From a virus (lineage: Duplodnaviria; Caudoviricetes), in the IMG/VR virus record IMGVR_UViG_3300025018_000311, positions 1-36,621 of that record: a DNA stretch of 36,621 nucleotides; one strand, written 5' to 3'. The notes under the pieces were generated by a model. The model worked only from the letters and a program-made list of their open reading frames with translations, had not been told where the DNA came from and ran no database searches. This document shows positions 16,214-26,393 of the stretch, piece after piece. The translations under genes were made by a program, and so were the position numbers. The stretch's first letter is position 1. Every line of letters starts with the position of its first letter.

Positions 16214-18258
16214 GCGCATTACTCAACGACACAGCAGGCGCCACACTAACCACCGGCCTGAGCGATTATGTTGTCAGTGGCCCGCTGGGCGATTACAACC
16301 CGATCATTGGCACGCTGGTCAACGGTACCGAGTATGCCTATCGCGTAGGCTTCACCGATGGCGTTACCTCTGGCCGCGAACTTGTCACAGGCATTTATAC
16401 CCTGGCGACCAACACGCTTGCGCGCACGAACGTAATTTCCTCCACCAATTCGGACGCCAAAGTAAACTGGGCCGCCGGCGAGAAATATGTGTATATCGTT
16501 GGCTTGGCCGAAGATATCCAGAGCATGGCGGGCAAGACCGAAACCGCGACCGCCAAGGTGATGACCGATGTGGAGCGCGACAAGCTGGCGTTTGTCTCTG
16601 TTACGCAGGCTGTTGACCTTGATACCATGGAAACCGCTACGGTCGACAATGCTGCAGCAGCGGCTGCCAACACAGCTAATATCATCACCAACACTAACGA
16701 TATCACCAAACGGCTGCAGAGCCTGCCGTACAAGGCTGATGGTGAGGCAAATCGAGTGCTGTTCTATGGTGACTCGAATGCGCTGGGCATAGGCGGCACT
16801 GACCCGGCGGTACAGTCAGCAAACGTCAACTGCTTCTTTTACGCAACGCCAGGCACAGGCGCCTGGAACCCTGCCAACCTGGCCTGGCGCAATGTTGACC
16901 CGAACGCAGCAACAGCAGCAGACATTGCCACCGGAGCTGACCCTTACGTTGGACTGGTGCGGGGAAGCAATGGCAGCACCGGTTTTGCTATAACCAACAC
17001 CCTGCAGGAGCGCACTGGTGTTGATTCCTACTGTGTGCCGTTTGCCTATAGCGGATGCACTTCAGCGTACTATTTGCCGGGTGGCGGCGCGGGCAAAGAG
17101 GGCTTTACCTCGATGTTGGCCCACATTCCCACCGCACTGGCCGCGATACCCGGGGCACAGACATTCTTTGATGTAGTGGTGATCCAGCTTGGCACCAATG
17201 ACGCCAACCTGGGGATAATGGGCGCCGAGTTCCTTTCCAACATGAACACAACCATTTCGGAAATGGTGACACAAGGATGGATCGACCGCGACCTGACACA
17301 GATTTTCGTGTGTGAGCCATCGCAGAATTTTGGCGCGTACATTGCTGGATGGGATGGCTTGCAGTACCTGATCAACGGCACCGGGCGCAACGTAGAGGCA
17401 CTGTCCAGCATCGACTATCCCGATGCAGGCGACAATACGCACTTCACTCCTTACAGTCTGAACCAGTTCGGTGTTGAAGCTGCAAACTTTGCGCTGATCG
17501 GCCCTGAGCCAAAGCGCTATCTCCGCACCAGGAACTATGTCGAGCGACTAAATCCGGTCATATCCGGCGATATCGTTTCTGGAAAAACGGCAGCGCTCAA
17601 TGTGTTGGTTGAAAAGAAATCGACCGATAGCGGATTACCCAACGATGTGACCTACGGCGCGCAGTCGGCGCACGATGATGCCACTGTTGGCAACCGCGAT
17701 GGGGGCGATGCACTCTGGAAGGGTGGGGATGGTGCGCAGAATCAAAACGGCAATGGTGGCAGCTCTACGCTGGATGGTGGCGTAGGATTCGGCACCGGCA
17801 GCAAAGGCCTGGCATTACTCGGCAATACCGTGTCGGGTGTTATAGCCGGTTTTGTAAATGGCACCGGCGAGCCGATTGTTAATGCTACACCCAGAACAGT
17901 TGTATCAGTATGGAGCGCCGGGGCAACGGTTGAAAGGAACACAATAGCAGACGAGGCCGCGGGCACAATTGAGGTGCCTGTAGCTGGGACTTATTTTGTT
18001 TTCTGCAATATCACTGTGACCGGAACAGCCAGTAAAACATTTGCATTTTATTTGTTTGAAACCACCGCGGGGATCACCTTCGGCCCGTCCTCATCCATTT
18101 GGATGGATGCAGCATCAACCAGGAAGCAGGCTTCTCTTGCGGGTTTTGTCTCACTCACAGCAGGCCAAAAGGTTTGCGTCAAACAGCTGTCTACAGACGG
18201 CGGTACCGCGCTCACAATATCCGAGGCGCAGCTTGGTCTGATCCGGGTCGGTGAATAA
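16210..18258 (+). CDS. virion fibre-like protein with SGNH/GDSL esterase domain
   Basis: N-terminal fibre-type domain and short coiled coil. SGNH blocks FYGDSNA, QLGTND and DNTH; Gly-rich linker; C-terminal beta-sandwich. Confidence 0.7.
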   Translation: MSALLNDTAGATLTTGLSDYVVSGPLGDYNPIIGTLVNGTEYAYRVGFTDGVTSGRELVTGIYTLATNTLARTNVISSTNSDAKVNWAAGEKYVYIVGLAEDIQSMAGKTETATAKVMTDVERDKLAFVSVTQAVDLDTMETATVDNAAAAAANTANIITNTNDITKRLQSLPYKADGEANRVLFYGDSNALGIGGTDPAVQSANVNCFFYATPGTGAWNPANLAWRNVDPNAATAADIATGADPYVGLVRGSNGSTGFAITNTLQERTGVDSYCVPFAYSGCTSAYYLPGGGAGKEGFTSMLAHIPTALAAIPGAQTFFDVVVIQLGTNDANLGIMGAEFLSNMNTTISEMVTQGWIDRDLTQIFVCEPSQNFGAYIAGWDGLQYLINGTGRNVEALSSIDYPDAGDNTHFTPYSLNQFGVEAANFALIGPEPKRYLRTRNYVERLNPVISGDIVSGKTAALNVLVEKKSTDSGLPNDVTYGAQSAHDDATVGNRDGGDALWKGGDGAQNQNGNGGSSTLDGGVGFGTGSKGLALLGNTVSGVIAGFVNGTGEPIVNATPRTVVSVWSAGATVERNTIADEAAGTIEVPVAGTYFVFCNITVTGTASKTFAFYLFETTAGITFGPSSSIWMDAASTRKQASLAGFVSLTAGQKVCVKQLSTDGGTALTISEAQLGLIRVGE

Positions 18259-19199
18259 TGACCGCCTCGGCACCGCTTGCATCCATACCGCTGGCGTCAT
18301 TTCCGGCGGCTTTGAGTTCTAGCCCATCACCGGCGATCCCGATCACTATCATGCGCTCCGCCTGCTGGGGATTGACCACCGCCGGCGATGTGATCAACCG
18401 GGCGCTAAGGGATATTCTGGTGCAGGCGGCTGACTCCAGCTTTGAACCGGATGAATACGCCGATGCGCTGGACGCGCTGAATGACTTCATGGCATCGCTG
18501 GAATCTCTCGGGTTGCGCCTGGGTTATACCCGCGTGTGCAACATCGCCGATATCGTGACCATTCCTGACGGGGCTATCAGGGGGGTCGCCGCCAACCTGG
18601 CCATTGACCTTGCGCCACAGTACAGCGGGGTTGTCTCTCCCGGTCTGATCAAAAAGGCCGAGGAAGGCATGACCGCGATCCGCAGAATGGCGGTGCGCAC
18701 GAACAAAACGCAGTATCCGAGCAACCTGCCTACAGGTTCCGGCTATAACCGGGTCCAGGGTAGTAATTTCTACAGCGGCGCGTTCTCCCGGTCATCACCG
18801 CAAGCTACGTTATCCATGGCGATCAACCGCAGGCCGACTGATATCACGGTGGCTGCCGGCGCTGAAAAGGCGCAGGGGCACTGGTCAATCGAGAATGCCG
18901 CCGGGCTGCAGGTCGATATCAGCGGTCGCATTACCAACACCGGGCCGCAGGTCACACTTACCCTTGACGCATCCTTTACCGTTATTGCTGACTCTGCGGT
19001 ATCGCAGGGAGTGGTTGGACTGTCCAAAAACAATGTCATTTCCCTGTATGAAATCGAGGCATTTTCCACAACGCCAGTGACTGTGGCTGTTGCCGGTACC
19101 GTGACCCTGGAGCCCGGCGAGTTCCTGGAAGTAGTTGTTGCGGATTTGCTCACCACTGTGGATATCACACTGACTGATGCGACCGTGAGGCTTTACTGA
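18258..19199 (+). CDS. head-tail adaptor (P22 gp4-like) with N- and C-terminal extensions
   Basis: TAGDVINRAL..I......EPDEYADALDALNDFM...G..LGY, NLAIDLAPQY and YPSNLPTGSG. Confidence 0.8.
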   Translation: MTASAPLASIPLASFPAALSSSPSPAIPITIMRSACWGLTTAGDVINRALRDILVQAADSSFEPDEYADALDALNDFMASLESLGLRLGYTRVCNIADIVTIPDGAIRGVAANLAIDLAPQYSGVVSPGLIKKAEEGMTAIRRMAVRTNKTQYPSNLPTGSGYNRVQGSNFYSGAFSRSSPQATLSMAINRRPTDITVAAGAEKAQGHWSIENAAGLQVDISGRITNTGPQVTLTLDASFTVIADSAVSQGVVGLSKNNVISLYEIEAFSTTPVTVAVAGTVTLEPGEFLEVVVADLLTTVDITLTDATVRLY

Positions 19200-20656
19200 T
19201 GGCCATTACGCCGCTTCCGATTGCCAACGGATTCTACATATCCAACTCGCTGCCGATATCCGCGCAGCAGTGCGTCAACGCATTCCCGCACATGCCCGAT
19301 GCGCCGGCGCTCAATCAGGAGACATTACTTGGCACGCCAGGGTTGACGCAGGTCGCCACCACTGGGTCAAGCATTGTGCAGCGCAACCGGGGCGGCAAGC
19401 GCTTCAAAGGAAACGCTTTTTTCGTCAATGGATCATCCCTGTATCGCCTGAATGCTGATGAATCACTGGACAACCTCGGCACCATATCCGGCTCCGGGCG
19501 GGTATCGATGGCCGCCAGCGCGACGCAATTGATGATTCTGAACCCCGGCGGTGATGGGTACATATTCACCGAGGGGCCGGACACGCTGACAACCATTGTC
19601 GATCCCGACTTTAGGGCCAGCGGAAATCCGCTCTATGTCGTTTTTGTAGATAGCTTTTTTGTGTGCTCGACCGATGGTGACAAGTTTATTCAATCCGATC
19701 CGAACGATGGCCTGTCCTACAACGCGCTTGATTTCGGTGGTGCAGAGTATGAGCCGGACAATATCGTGGCTCCGTATGTGTTCAAGAATCAGCTTTTTGT
19801 TGCCGGGGAGATTACAACCGAGGCATTCAACAACGTAGGTGGTGCAGACTTCAGCTTTCAGCGTACTGGCCTGTTTCTGGATAAAGGTGTGAGCGCGCCA
19901 TTCTCTATCGTCAATACTGAAAACGCAGTGCTGTTCGTCGGAGCCGGCGACAATGAAGGCCCAGCGATATGGGCACTCGAAGGCAACATCACCCGCAAGG
20001 CATCGACCAAGGCGATTGATTCCATTTTGCAGCGCCTGAGTGCCGAGGAACTGGGCAATGTCTTCTCCTGGAGCTATGGCCAGTCGGGGCACTACTTCGT
20101 AGGGTTTGTGCTGCCTGATACCTGCCTGGTGTTCGATACCGCATCCAATCGCTGGCATGAACGCCAGTCGCGCATCGCGCTGCCTGACCTGGCCTTTGTG
20201 ACCTACACCTACCGCGCCAACAGCATTGTGTCTGCCAATGGGTTGCTGTATGCCGCCGATAGCCAGGACGGGCGCATAGGCGTGCTCGATGAGGATGTGT
20301 ACACCGAGTACGGTGAGGAAATTCTACGGGTATTTGCTACGCAGCCATTCCAGAACAACATGCAGCCGTTCTTCGTTCCAATGCTGGAATTGACCGTGGA
20401 AAGTGGTGTGGGCAATACCGCGGCACCTGATCCCATGGTTCGCCTGCAGCAATCAAGAGATGGTGGCAAAAGCTGGTCCGATGAACGCGCACGCAGAATG
20501 GGCAATGTCGGCGAGTACAAACAGAGGGCAGTGTGGCGCCGCAATGGCCGGGTATCCAGATTCGAGGTGTTCCGGTTTCTTATGTCCGATCCGGTGAAGT
20601 TCGTCGCCATCCAGTTGACAGCGCAAATCGAGGCCGATACCAGTGCGGCGGCTTGA
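19199..20656 (+). CDS. tail hub / DNA stabilization protein (P22 gp10-like)
   Basis: 485 aa; AE..PDNIV, GHYF, WHERQS, SRDGG.SWS and GEY.QR.VWRR.G motifs, in the expected position. Confidence 0.88.
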   Translation: MAITPLPIANGFYISNSLPISAQQCVNAFPHMPDAPALNQETLLGTPGLTQVATTGSSIVQRNRGGKRFKGNAFFVNGSSLYRLNADESLDNLGTISGSGRVSMAASATQLMILNPGGDGYIFTEGPDTLTTIVDPDFRASGNPLYVVFVDSFFVCSTDGDKFIQSDPNDGLSYNALDFGGAEYEPDNIVAPYVFKNQLFVAGEITTEAFNNVGGADFSFQRTGLFLDKGVSAPFSIVNTENAVLFVGAGDNEGPAIWALEGNITRKASTKAIDSILQRLSAEELGNVFSWSYGQSGHYFVGFVLPDTCLVFDTASNRWHERQSRIALPDLAFVTYTYRANSIVSANGLLYAADSQDGRIGVLDEDVYTEYGEEILRVFATQPFQNNMQPFFVPMLELTVESGVGNTAAPDPMVRLQQSRDGGKSWSDERARRMGNVGEYKQRAVWRRNGRVSRFEVFRFLMSDPVKFVAIQLTAQIEADTSAAA

Positions 20657-20882
20657 GGTAGCACAGCCTATCGTTTTCGAGGACGGCACCATGCAGGCCG
20701 CCTTTCGGGACTATATGAACCTGCTTTCTCGGTATATCCCACTGACCGGCAGCGGCAACCCGGAGGGCGTGACCTCAGCGCCGCAGTACTCAATATACAT
20801 CGACACCGCCGGAAGCGGCGAGTACCGCAAGATGCTGACCGATATCGGTGGTGATACCTCACAGGGCTGGGTACTGATATGA
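20643..20882 (+). CDS. small virion protein (gp26 slot)
   Basis: 79 aa with G.G.PEGV..A...S.Y.D...Y.K......GW pattern. Overlaps both neighbours. Confidence 0.6.
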   Translation: MRRLEVAQPIVFEDGTMQAAFRDYMNLLSRYIPLTGSGNPEGVTSAPQYSIYIDTAGSGEYRKMLTDIGGDTSQGWVLI

Positions 20883-21379
20883 GCGGATTCATCACAGGAC
20901 TGCCGAGAAGTCGGACAAAGTGGTTCGCTGACTATTTCGACGGCATTCCCGGCGTGACTGCCTACCATGAACCCTTGAACGGACTGCGATCAAAACGGGA
21001 GTTTTACGACATAGTAGACAGAGGCGGCATCATCGTGGACAGTGGATTGCTGATCACCGATTTCCAGGAGCGTTACAACCTACCAACAGTGATTATCGAG
21101 CGGGATATTGACGCAGTATTTGACAGCCTTTGCCGGTACTTCGAGGCACAGGGATTGCCACTACCTAACCGGTTATCGCTGGATTTGATCAAGGAAGGCG
21201 TGGACGCGCTGCAGGGTTTGCGGATCGCGTTTGAGGATATCGACGCGCGCATGGCCGAGATTCACCGGCACTTGGGAGTGCCGTTCGATGCCGAGTATGC
21301 CGCGCGCATGGCGGGCGATAACCGGCAGGTTGAGCAGTTGCAGGTAAATACAGACAGTTGGCTACTTTGGGCGGAGTGA
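20879..21379 (+). CDS. hypothetical protein with a sulfotransferase-like P-loop motif
   Basis: N-terminal FITGLPRSRTKW, HEP and IIERD...V..S resemble PAPS-binding motifs of sulfotransferase-fold proteins. Confidence 0.55.
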   Translation: MSGFITGLPRSRTKWFADYFDGIPGVTAYHEPLNGLRSKREFYDIVDRGGIIVDSGLLITDFQERYNLPTVIIERDIDAVFDSLCRYFEAQGLPLPNRLSLDLIKEGVDALQGLRIAFEDIDARMAEIHRHLGVPFDAEYAARMAGDNRQVEQLQVNTDSWLLWAE

Positions 21380-21389
21380 GGGTAATGAA

Positions 21390-21965
21390 ATGGCTTGGAT
21401 TGCAGGAATAGCGGCGATTGGCGGCGGTTTGCTGGCGAACAAAAGCGCCGGCGCAGCGGTAGACGCCCAAAAGGACCAGAACAAGGCCAATGAGGCGTTC
21501 ATCCGTGAGCAGGCCATCAATGCGCGCAACGATGCGATCCCACTGTATGGCGCTGCACAGGATAATCGCGGCATAGGCGCGCAGGCGGCGCTTGATGTGT
21601 TCGGGCAGTCTATCCCCGAGCAGGGGCGATTGTTCCAGGGAGGCAACGTAGCAGCGCAGGGGATGATCCTCGCTGGACTGCCGCAGGCCAATAACGCACT
21701 GCTCGGGATGCCCATCGATTACAGCCAATTCCAGACACAACAGTTGTCGCCGGATTACTCATGGGCACAGCAGCAGGTGCCGCAGTTCCAGAACCCACAG
21801 CTACGCCAGGTACTGAACCCCGGCGATATGGTCGATGCCAATGGAATGGTAGTGACTGACCCCAATTACCACCCGCAGAGCCCGGACCGGTCGCGGCTGA
21901 TGGACAAGCAGGGCTTTGGCTCAATCGCAGACAAGATCACAGGTGGCGCCTTCAGGGCGTTCTAG
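21390..21965 (+). CDS. DNA ejection protein (gp7-like N-terminus)
   Basis: MAWIAGIAAIGGGLL...A.AA..AQ hydrophobic Gly/Ala start; Gln-rich. Confidence 0.65.
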   Translation: MAWIAGIAAIGGGLLANKSAGAAVDAQKDQNKANEAFIREQAINARNDAIPLYGAAQDNRGIGAQAALDVFGQSIPEQGRLFQGGNVAAQGMILAGLPQANNALLGMPIDYSQFQTQQLSPDYSWAQQQVPQFQNPQLRQVLNPGDMVDANGMVVTDPNYHPQSPDRSRLMDKQGFGSIADKITGGAFRAF

Positions 21966-21976
21966 GAGTAGCGACA

Positions 21977-23224
21977 ATGGCACAAGTCTACGCAGGCGGT
22001 ACGCCGAACTACAACGAGGCAGCAGGCGGCGGGTATTTCAATCCACAGCAGCCGCCTCAGACCATGCCGCAGTATTACAACGTGGCCGGGTTGACCACGA
22101 CGAAGCCGGGCTACACCCCGCTGACTGGCCTGTTGGGCTCTGAGCAGGCAATGGCGCAGGGTTTGAGTGGCGGCCTTAACGCGCTGCAGGGCGGCTATGG
22201 CGGCTATGGTGGCAGCGCAGGCTACGCGCTTGGGGGCGGTGGCTACGGTGGCGGTGTGGACTTGAGCAAACCGAGAATCAACCGGAAGGGCGAGTACAAA
22301 GATATCCAGAAAGGGCTTGGCCAGTTTGTGAACTCGGGCCAGCAGGCACTTGGCCTTCAGGGAGCGCTCTCAGGGGCGCAGGGGCAGCAGGCGTTCAATC
22401 AAGCCTATACAGACTCACCCGTTCAGGCTTTCTTGCGTGAGCAGGGCGACAGGGCCGTTACGCGCAATGCCGCAGCCATGGGCGGCCTCGGCGGTGGCAA
22501 CGTGATGAAGGAACTCACCCGGTTTGGGCAGGGGCTCGCCGGTACCCAGTTGCAGCAGCAGATCGACAACCTTGGCGCACTCAGCAACCAGGGGTTATCC
22601 GCGAATATCGGTCAAGGCTCCCTGTTGGGCAACGTGGAAGGCATCGAGGCGGGGCGGTACGCAACCAATGTCGGCTCGCAGACCTCGCAGGCGAACGCAC
22701 GGACGGCGGCGAATGCCTCTATGGCCAACATGCGCAACCAGATCGGGTTTAACCGCGACCAAGCCATTGCGAACGCGATCATGGGCACAGGTAACAACAT
22801 GGCCCAAGGCCGCATGAATGTCGGCGCCGGTATGTCGCAGAACATCAACAATACGACCTCGAACCTGGCCAACCTGATCAACCAGCAGGGGCATGGCTTG
22901 TCCAATCTCACCGGGCAGGGGAGCGCCAATATCGCGCAGATTCTCTCGGCGCTGGGCGGCAATAACGCATCGTCGCAGGAGCAGCTTGCTACCACGCTGG
23001 GCAACTGGGGGCAGGGCAACGCCAGCCAGGTGGCCGGACTTCCGGCTGTTGGCCAGTTCCAGGGTAATCAGCTACAGGACTGGGGCAATATCTTAAGCGG
23101 TGCGGGCAATTTCTATAACGCGTACCAGCAGAATCAGCGTCCGAACGATGTGTATCAGGGCAATTACAACCAATCATTCACCGGCTACGACAACCCCGGC
23201 AGCTCCGGCTATGTCGCTTTTTGA
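21977..23224 (+). CDS. DNA ejection/transfer protein
   Basis: Gly/Asn/Gln-rich, with SP...FLREQG..A..RNAAA.GGLGGG.V..EL.RFGQGLA motif. AGGAG RBS. Confidence 0.72.
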   Translation: MAQVYAGGTPNYNEAAGGGYFNPQQPPQTMPQYYNVAGLTTTKPGYTPLTGLLGSEQAMAQGLSGGLNALQGGYGGYGGSAGYALGGGGYGGGVDLSKPRINRKGEYKDIQKGLGQFVNSGQQALGLQGALSGAQGQQAFNQAYTDSPVQAFLREQGDRAVTRNAAAMGGLGGGNVMKELTRFGQGLAGTQLQQQIDNLGALSNQGLSANIGQGSLLGNVEGIEAGRYATNVGSQTSQANARTAANASMANMRNQIGFNRDQAIANAIMGTGNNMAQGRMNVGAGMSQNINNTTSNLANLINQQGHGLSNLTGQGSANIAQILSALGGNNASSQEQLATTLGNWGQGNASQVAGLPAVGQFQGNQLQDWGNILSGAGNFYNAYQQNQRPNDVYQGNYNQSFTGYDNPGSSGYVAF

Positions 23225-23245
23225 TACCCGGTCATAGGAGGCTCA

Positions 23246-24448
23246 ATGCCACTTAATCCAAACATAGGTAACGCGCTGGCAGGTATGGGCGCTGGGCTGT
23301 CCGGTCAAGGTGTGCAGTGGCAGCAGCAGCAACTCAACAACCGGCAGGAAAAAGCCCGCATGACCGAGCAGGAGCTGGCAGCGCGCCAGCAGGCGTTTTT
23401 CGGCGATATGCTCAAGGCCAAGCAGATGGCCGATGCTGGTGACTACGTATCAGGAGCGCAACTGTTTGCCAACCGCATGGAAGCCTTGCGATTTCTTGGC
23501 AACGCCGAGAATACCGACGATACCCGCATTGTTGGCCAGCTATTCAATATCGCAGCCACCGGCAAACCCGAGGCGCAAAAGGAAGCGCAGGACCGGCTGC
23601 AAAAAACGCTGGGGAATTATCTGGAATATGGACAGGCCATGGGTTTTGTGAAGGCTGGCGAAAGCGGCAACGAGGGCGCAAAACGCACTGATGTGTTCAA
23701 GAGCGGTCACGTTCTACAGTCTATGAAAGACGGCAGCCTTAGACTTACCGACCCGTCCGGGCGACAGGTTTCTCCCGATAATTGGCAGGCTGAAATGCGG
23801 GCGGCTTCTAAGTCTGGAATCGGTTATGCCGCCGACGAAGCGGGAGCCAGGGCATCCGGTGATCTTAATGCTCGCATGGGATTGGAACCCACACTGAAGG
23901 GCGCAAATGCGTCTGAAACTGCGCGGCAGACCGCCATAGTCAACACCAATACAGACAGGCTCGAAAAAGGACTTGTAGCTGCATCCATGCTGCCCGAGCT
24001 GAACCGGGCCAGTGCGCTTGTTGACAAGGTTTCAACAGGTGGATTATCCAAGGCTGCCGCTGAGGCTCAGGCAATGCTCGGCGTTCTCCCGGCCAATGAG
24101 ACTGAACTATACAACCTGCTGACAAAAAACGTTCTGAGTTCATTGCGCACAACCTTCGGCCCGCAATTCACTGAGAAAGACCGCGAAGCCTATGCAGAGA
24201 TGGAAGCCGGTTACGGAAAGAGCAATGAGGGTAACAAACGCATCCTTAAAAATGCGATATCAATGATGAAGTCCAAGGCGGACTGGGGTATCAAGGCGGC
24301 CAAGATTCTTGGCGACGATATGAGCCTTGAAGAAATCAACAGCTACATGGATATGGATTTAGCCAAGCAACAGCAGAGCCTGGCCCAGCCCGCGCCCACC
24401 CAACCCGCCCCCGCTACCGTCGGCATCAAGTTCCTGGGATTTGAATAA
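23246..24448 (+). CDS. DNA ejection protein (gp20 slot)
   Basis: 400-aa helical protein in the ejection cluster; AGGAGG RBS. Confidence 0.6.
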   Translation: MPLNPNIGNALAGMGAGLSGQGVQWQQQQLNNRQEKARMTEQELAARQQAFFGDMLKAKQMADAGDYVSGAQLFANRMEALRFLGNAENTDDTRIVGQLFNIAATGKPEAQKEAQDRLQKTLGNYLEYGQAMGFVKAGESGNEGAKRTDVFKSGHVLQSMKDGSLRLTDPSGRQVSPDNWQAEMRAASKSGIGYAADEAGARASGDLNARMGLEPTLKGANASETARQTAIVNTNTDRLEKGLVAASMLPELNRASALVDKVSTGGLSKAAAEAQAMLGVLPANETELYNLLTKNVLSSLRTTFGPQFTEKDREAYAEMEAGYGKSNEGNKRILKNAISMMKSKADWGIKAAKILGDDMSLEEINSYMDMDLAKQQQSLAQPAPTQPAPATVGIKFLGFE

Positions 24449-26382
24449 TGCCTGTCGCGCGCTTTGAAATGCCCGATGGTCGCGTTGCCCGCTTCGAGGT
24501 AGCCGAAGGCATTACGCCCGAGCAGGCGCAGCAGCTTATCGAGGCAGAAATTGCGGGGATGCAGTCCACGCAGTCACCCGAGCAGGCAGAACCGCAGCAA
24601 CCCGCACAGCCGCCATCAGGCTACGATCAGGCATCGCAGGGCATAGCCGATATCGGCAGCACTATCGGCGGCAATATCACCGATGCCGCGCGCGATGTTT
24701 TCGCCAAGCCATTCAACGCTGTTCAAAGTGCTGCAGGCGCAGTGGGTGCGATGGCATCGAAAGAGGCCGAGGGTTGGCCCGCGAAGAAGGCGTTTTTGCA
24801 GGAACTGGCAGCCAGCGGGAATCGGTCTATCACAGAAATTGTCGATTTCATGGGGCCTGATTTTATCAACGCTCTCATGCGAGTGACAGGCAATGAAGGC
24901 AATGTGCCTCGCCTCACCGATGTACTGGAATCTGGTATCACAGGCGGTGGCTACATGGAGCCGGGGATTGCGCGCGATGCGGTGCAGGGCTTTGGTGAAA
25001 GTCTCGGCGCAGCGGGCAGCATGGTTAGCGTGCCTCGAAACCTGGCAAAAATCGGTCCGGCGCTTGCAGAGTTTATGGGTGTGGGCAGCGCGGCCCCGGT
25101 ATCACCAGCGGTAGCGGCTGAAGTGGCTCAGAATCTTGCGTTACGGCGCGGTTCCGGTGACAAGTCACTTGCCAAACTTACGCTTGATGAGGCGGGGAAC
25201 ACGATCAAGGACAAAACCGCAGCCGCTGCTATATGGCAGGGCTTCAGTGATGGACTGGTGCAGATGAGCAAAACCGCATCAAAACAGACTCGCAGCAAGA
25301 TGGCGGCAATGCTCAACATAAAGGAAAAGGGCATAGAAAACCTTCGGTATGCCGCAGATAACAGGCCACTTGATGTAGTTGGGGATTCCATACTTAACCG
25401 GGTCAAGGTGGTCCGGGAGGCCAACCGGAACGCCGGCACCAGACTCGATGGTATAGCCGAGAGTTTGAAAGGCAGCCAAGTCGATCATTCTCCTGCTATT
25501 AACAGCTTTTTGGGCAAGCTCGAAAAAATGGGCATGGTGTACGACCCCAGCACCCGAACGCTGGGCCTTGTTGAAGGGTCCACGACGCAGGATATGCCAA
25601 AAGTCCACAAGGAAGCAAAGCGCATCCTCAATCGCCTGCATTCAGCGCGCAACCCCAGCAACCCGGACGGCTACGACGTGCATGTGATGAAGGGGTGGCT
25701 CGATAATAACCTGGACTATGCCAAGCAGGGCGGCCAGCGCAGCAAAGGCATGATTGGCAAGCTGGAGCGCGCAACGAAAGACCTGCGCCACGATCTTGAC
25801 TCTATTCTTGACACCAATTTCCCAGATTATGATGCGGTCAACAAGCAATATGCAGAAACCATCGGCGCGCTGGATGACCTTCAAAAAGTAGCGGGCACCA
25901 AATTCAACATGCAGGGGCCGAACGCTGACAAGGCAATGGGCACGCTCTCACGCAGGCTACTGAGCAACGCGCAGTCCCGCACCATTTTGGATGACGCGAT
26001 AGACCAGGTTGACACAGTAGCCCGTAAGTACCTGGGGGGCGGTCCTCCGGGAAAAGCGTTGGTGCCATTCAAAGGTATCGACAAGCGCACCGGTGTGAGC
26101 CTGAAGCAGCTTGATGACGATGATGTGAAAGCACTGGTGCAATTCGATGACCAGTTGAACAAGGTGTTTGGCACTTCCTCGCAGACTTCGCTTCTTGGTG
26201 ACTTTGAAAAAGGCACGGAAAAAAGCATCCGGGCGGTAGCGGGAGGCCCGCGCAGTATGGCAATGGAAGGCGTCGTGTCCGGGGCCAAAAAGTTGGCAGG
26301 CATCAACGAAAAGAACGCGATCAAAGCCATGCGCGAACTGCTGAACGGGAAATCACCCGGCGGCGGCGGTGGCTGGAAATAA
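24448..26382 (+). CDS. DNA ejection protein (gp16 slot)
   Basis: 644-aa helical protein with PDGRVARFEV.EG.TPEQ N-terminus; last gene of the ejection cluster. Confidence 0.6.
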   Translation: MPVARFEMPDGRVARFEVAEGITPEQAQQLIEAEIAGMQSTQSPEQAEPQQPAQPPSGYDQASQGIADIGSTIGGNITDAARDVFAKPFNAVQSAAGAVGAMASKEAEGWPAKKAFLQELAASGNRSITEIVDFMGPDFINALMRVTGNEGNVPRLTDVLESGITGGGYMEPGIARDAVQGFGESLGAAGSMVSVPRNLAKIGPALAEFMGVGSAAPVSPAVAAEVAQNLALRRGSGDKSLAKLTLDEAGNTIKDKTAAAAIWQGFSDGLVQMSKTASKQTRSKMAAMLNIKEKGIENLRYAADNRPLDVVGDSILNRVKVVREANRNAGTRLDGIAESLKGSQVDHSPAINSFLGKLEKMGMVYDPSTRTLGLVEGSTTQDMPKVHKEAKRILNRLHSARNPSNPDGYDVHVMKGWLDNNLDYAKQGGQRSKGMIGKLERATKDLRHDLDSILDTNFPDYDAVNKQYAETIGALDDLQKVAGTKFNMQGPNADKAMGTLSRRLLSNAQSRTILDDAIDQVDTVARKYLGGGPPGKALVPFKGIDKRTGVSLKQLDDDDVKALVQFDDQLNKVFGTSSQTSLLGDFEKGTEKSIRAVAGGPRSMAMEGVVSGAKKLAGINEKNAIKAMRELLNGKSPGGGGGWK

Positions 26383-26393
26383 CAGGGGGCATC

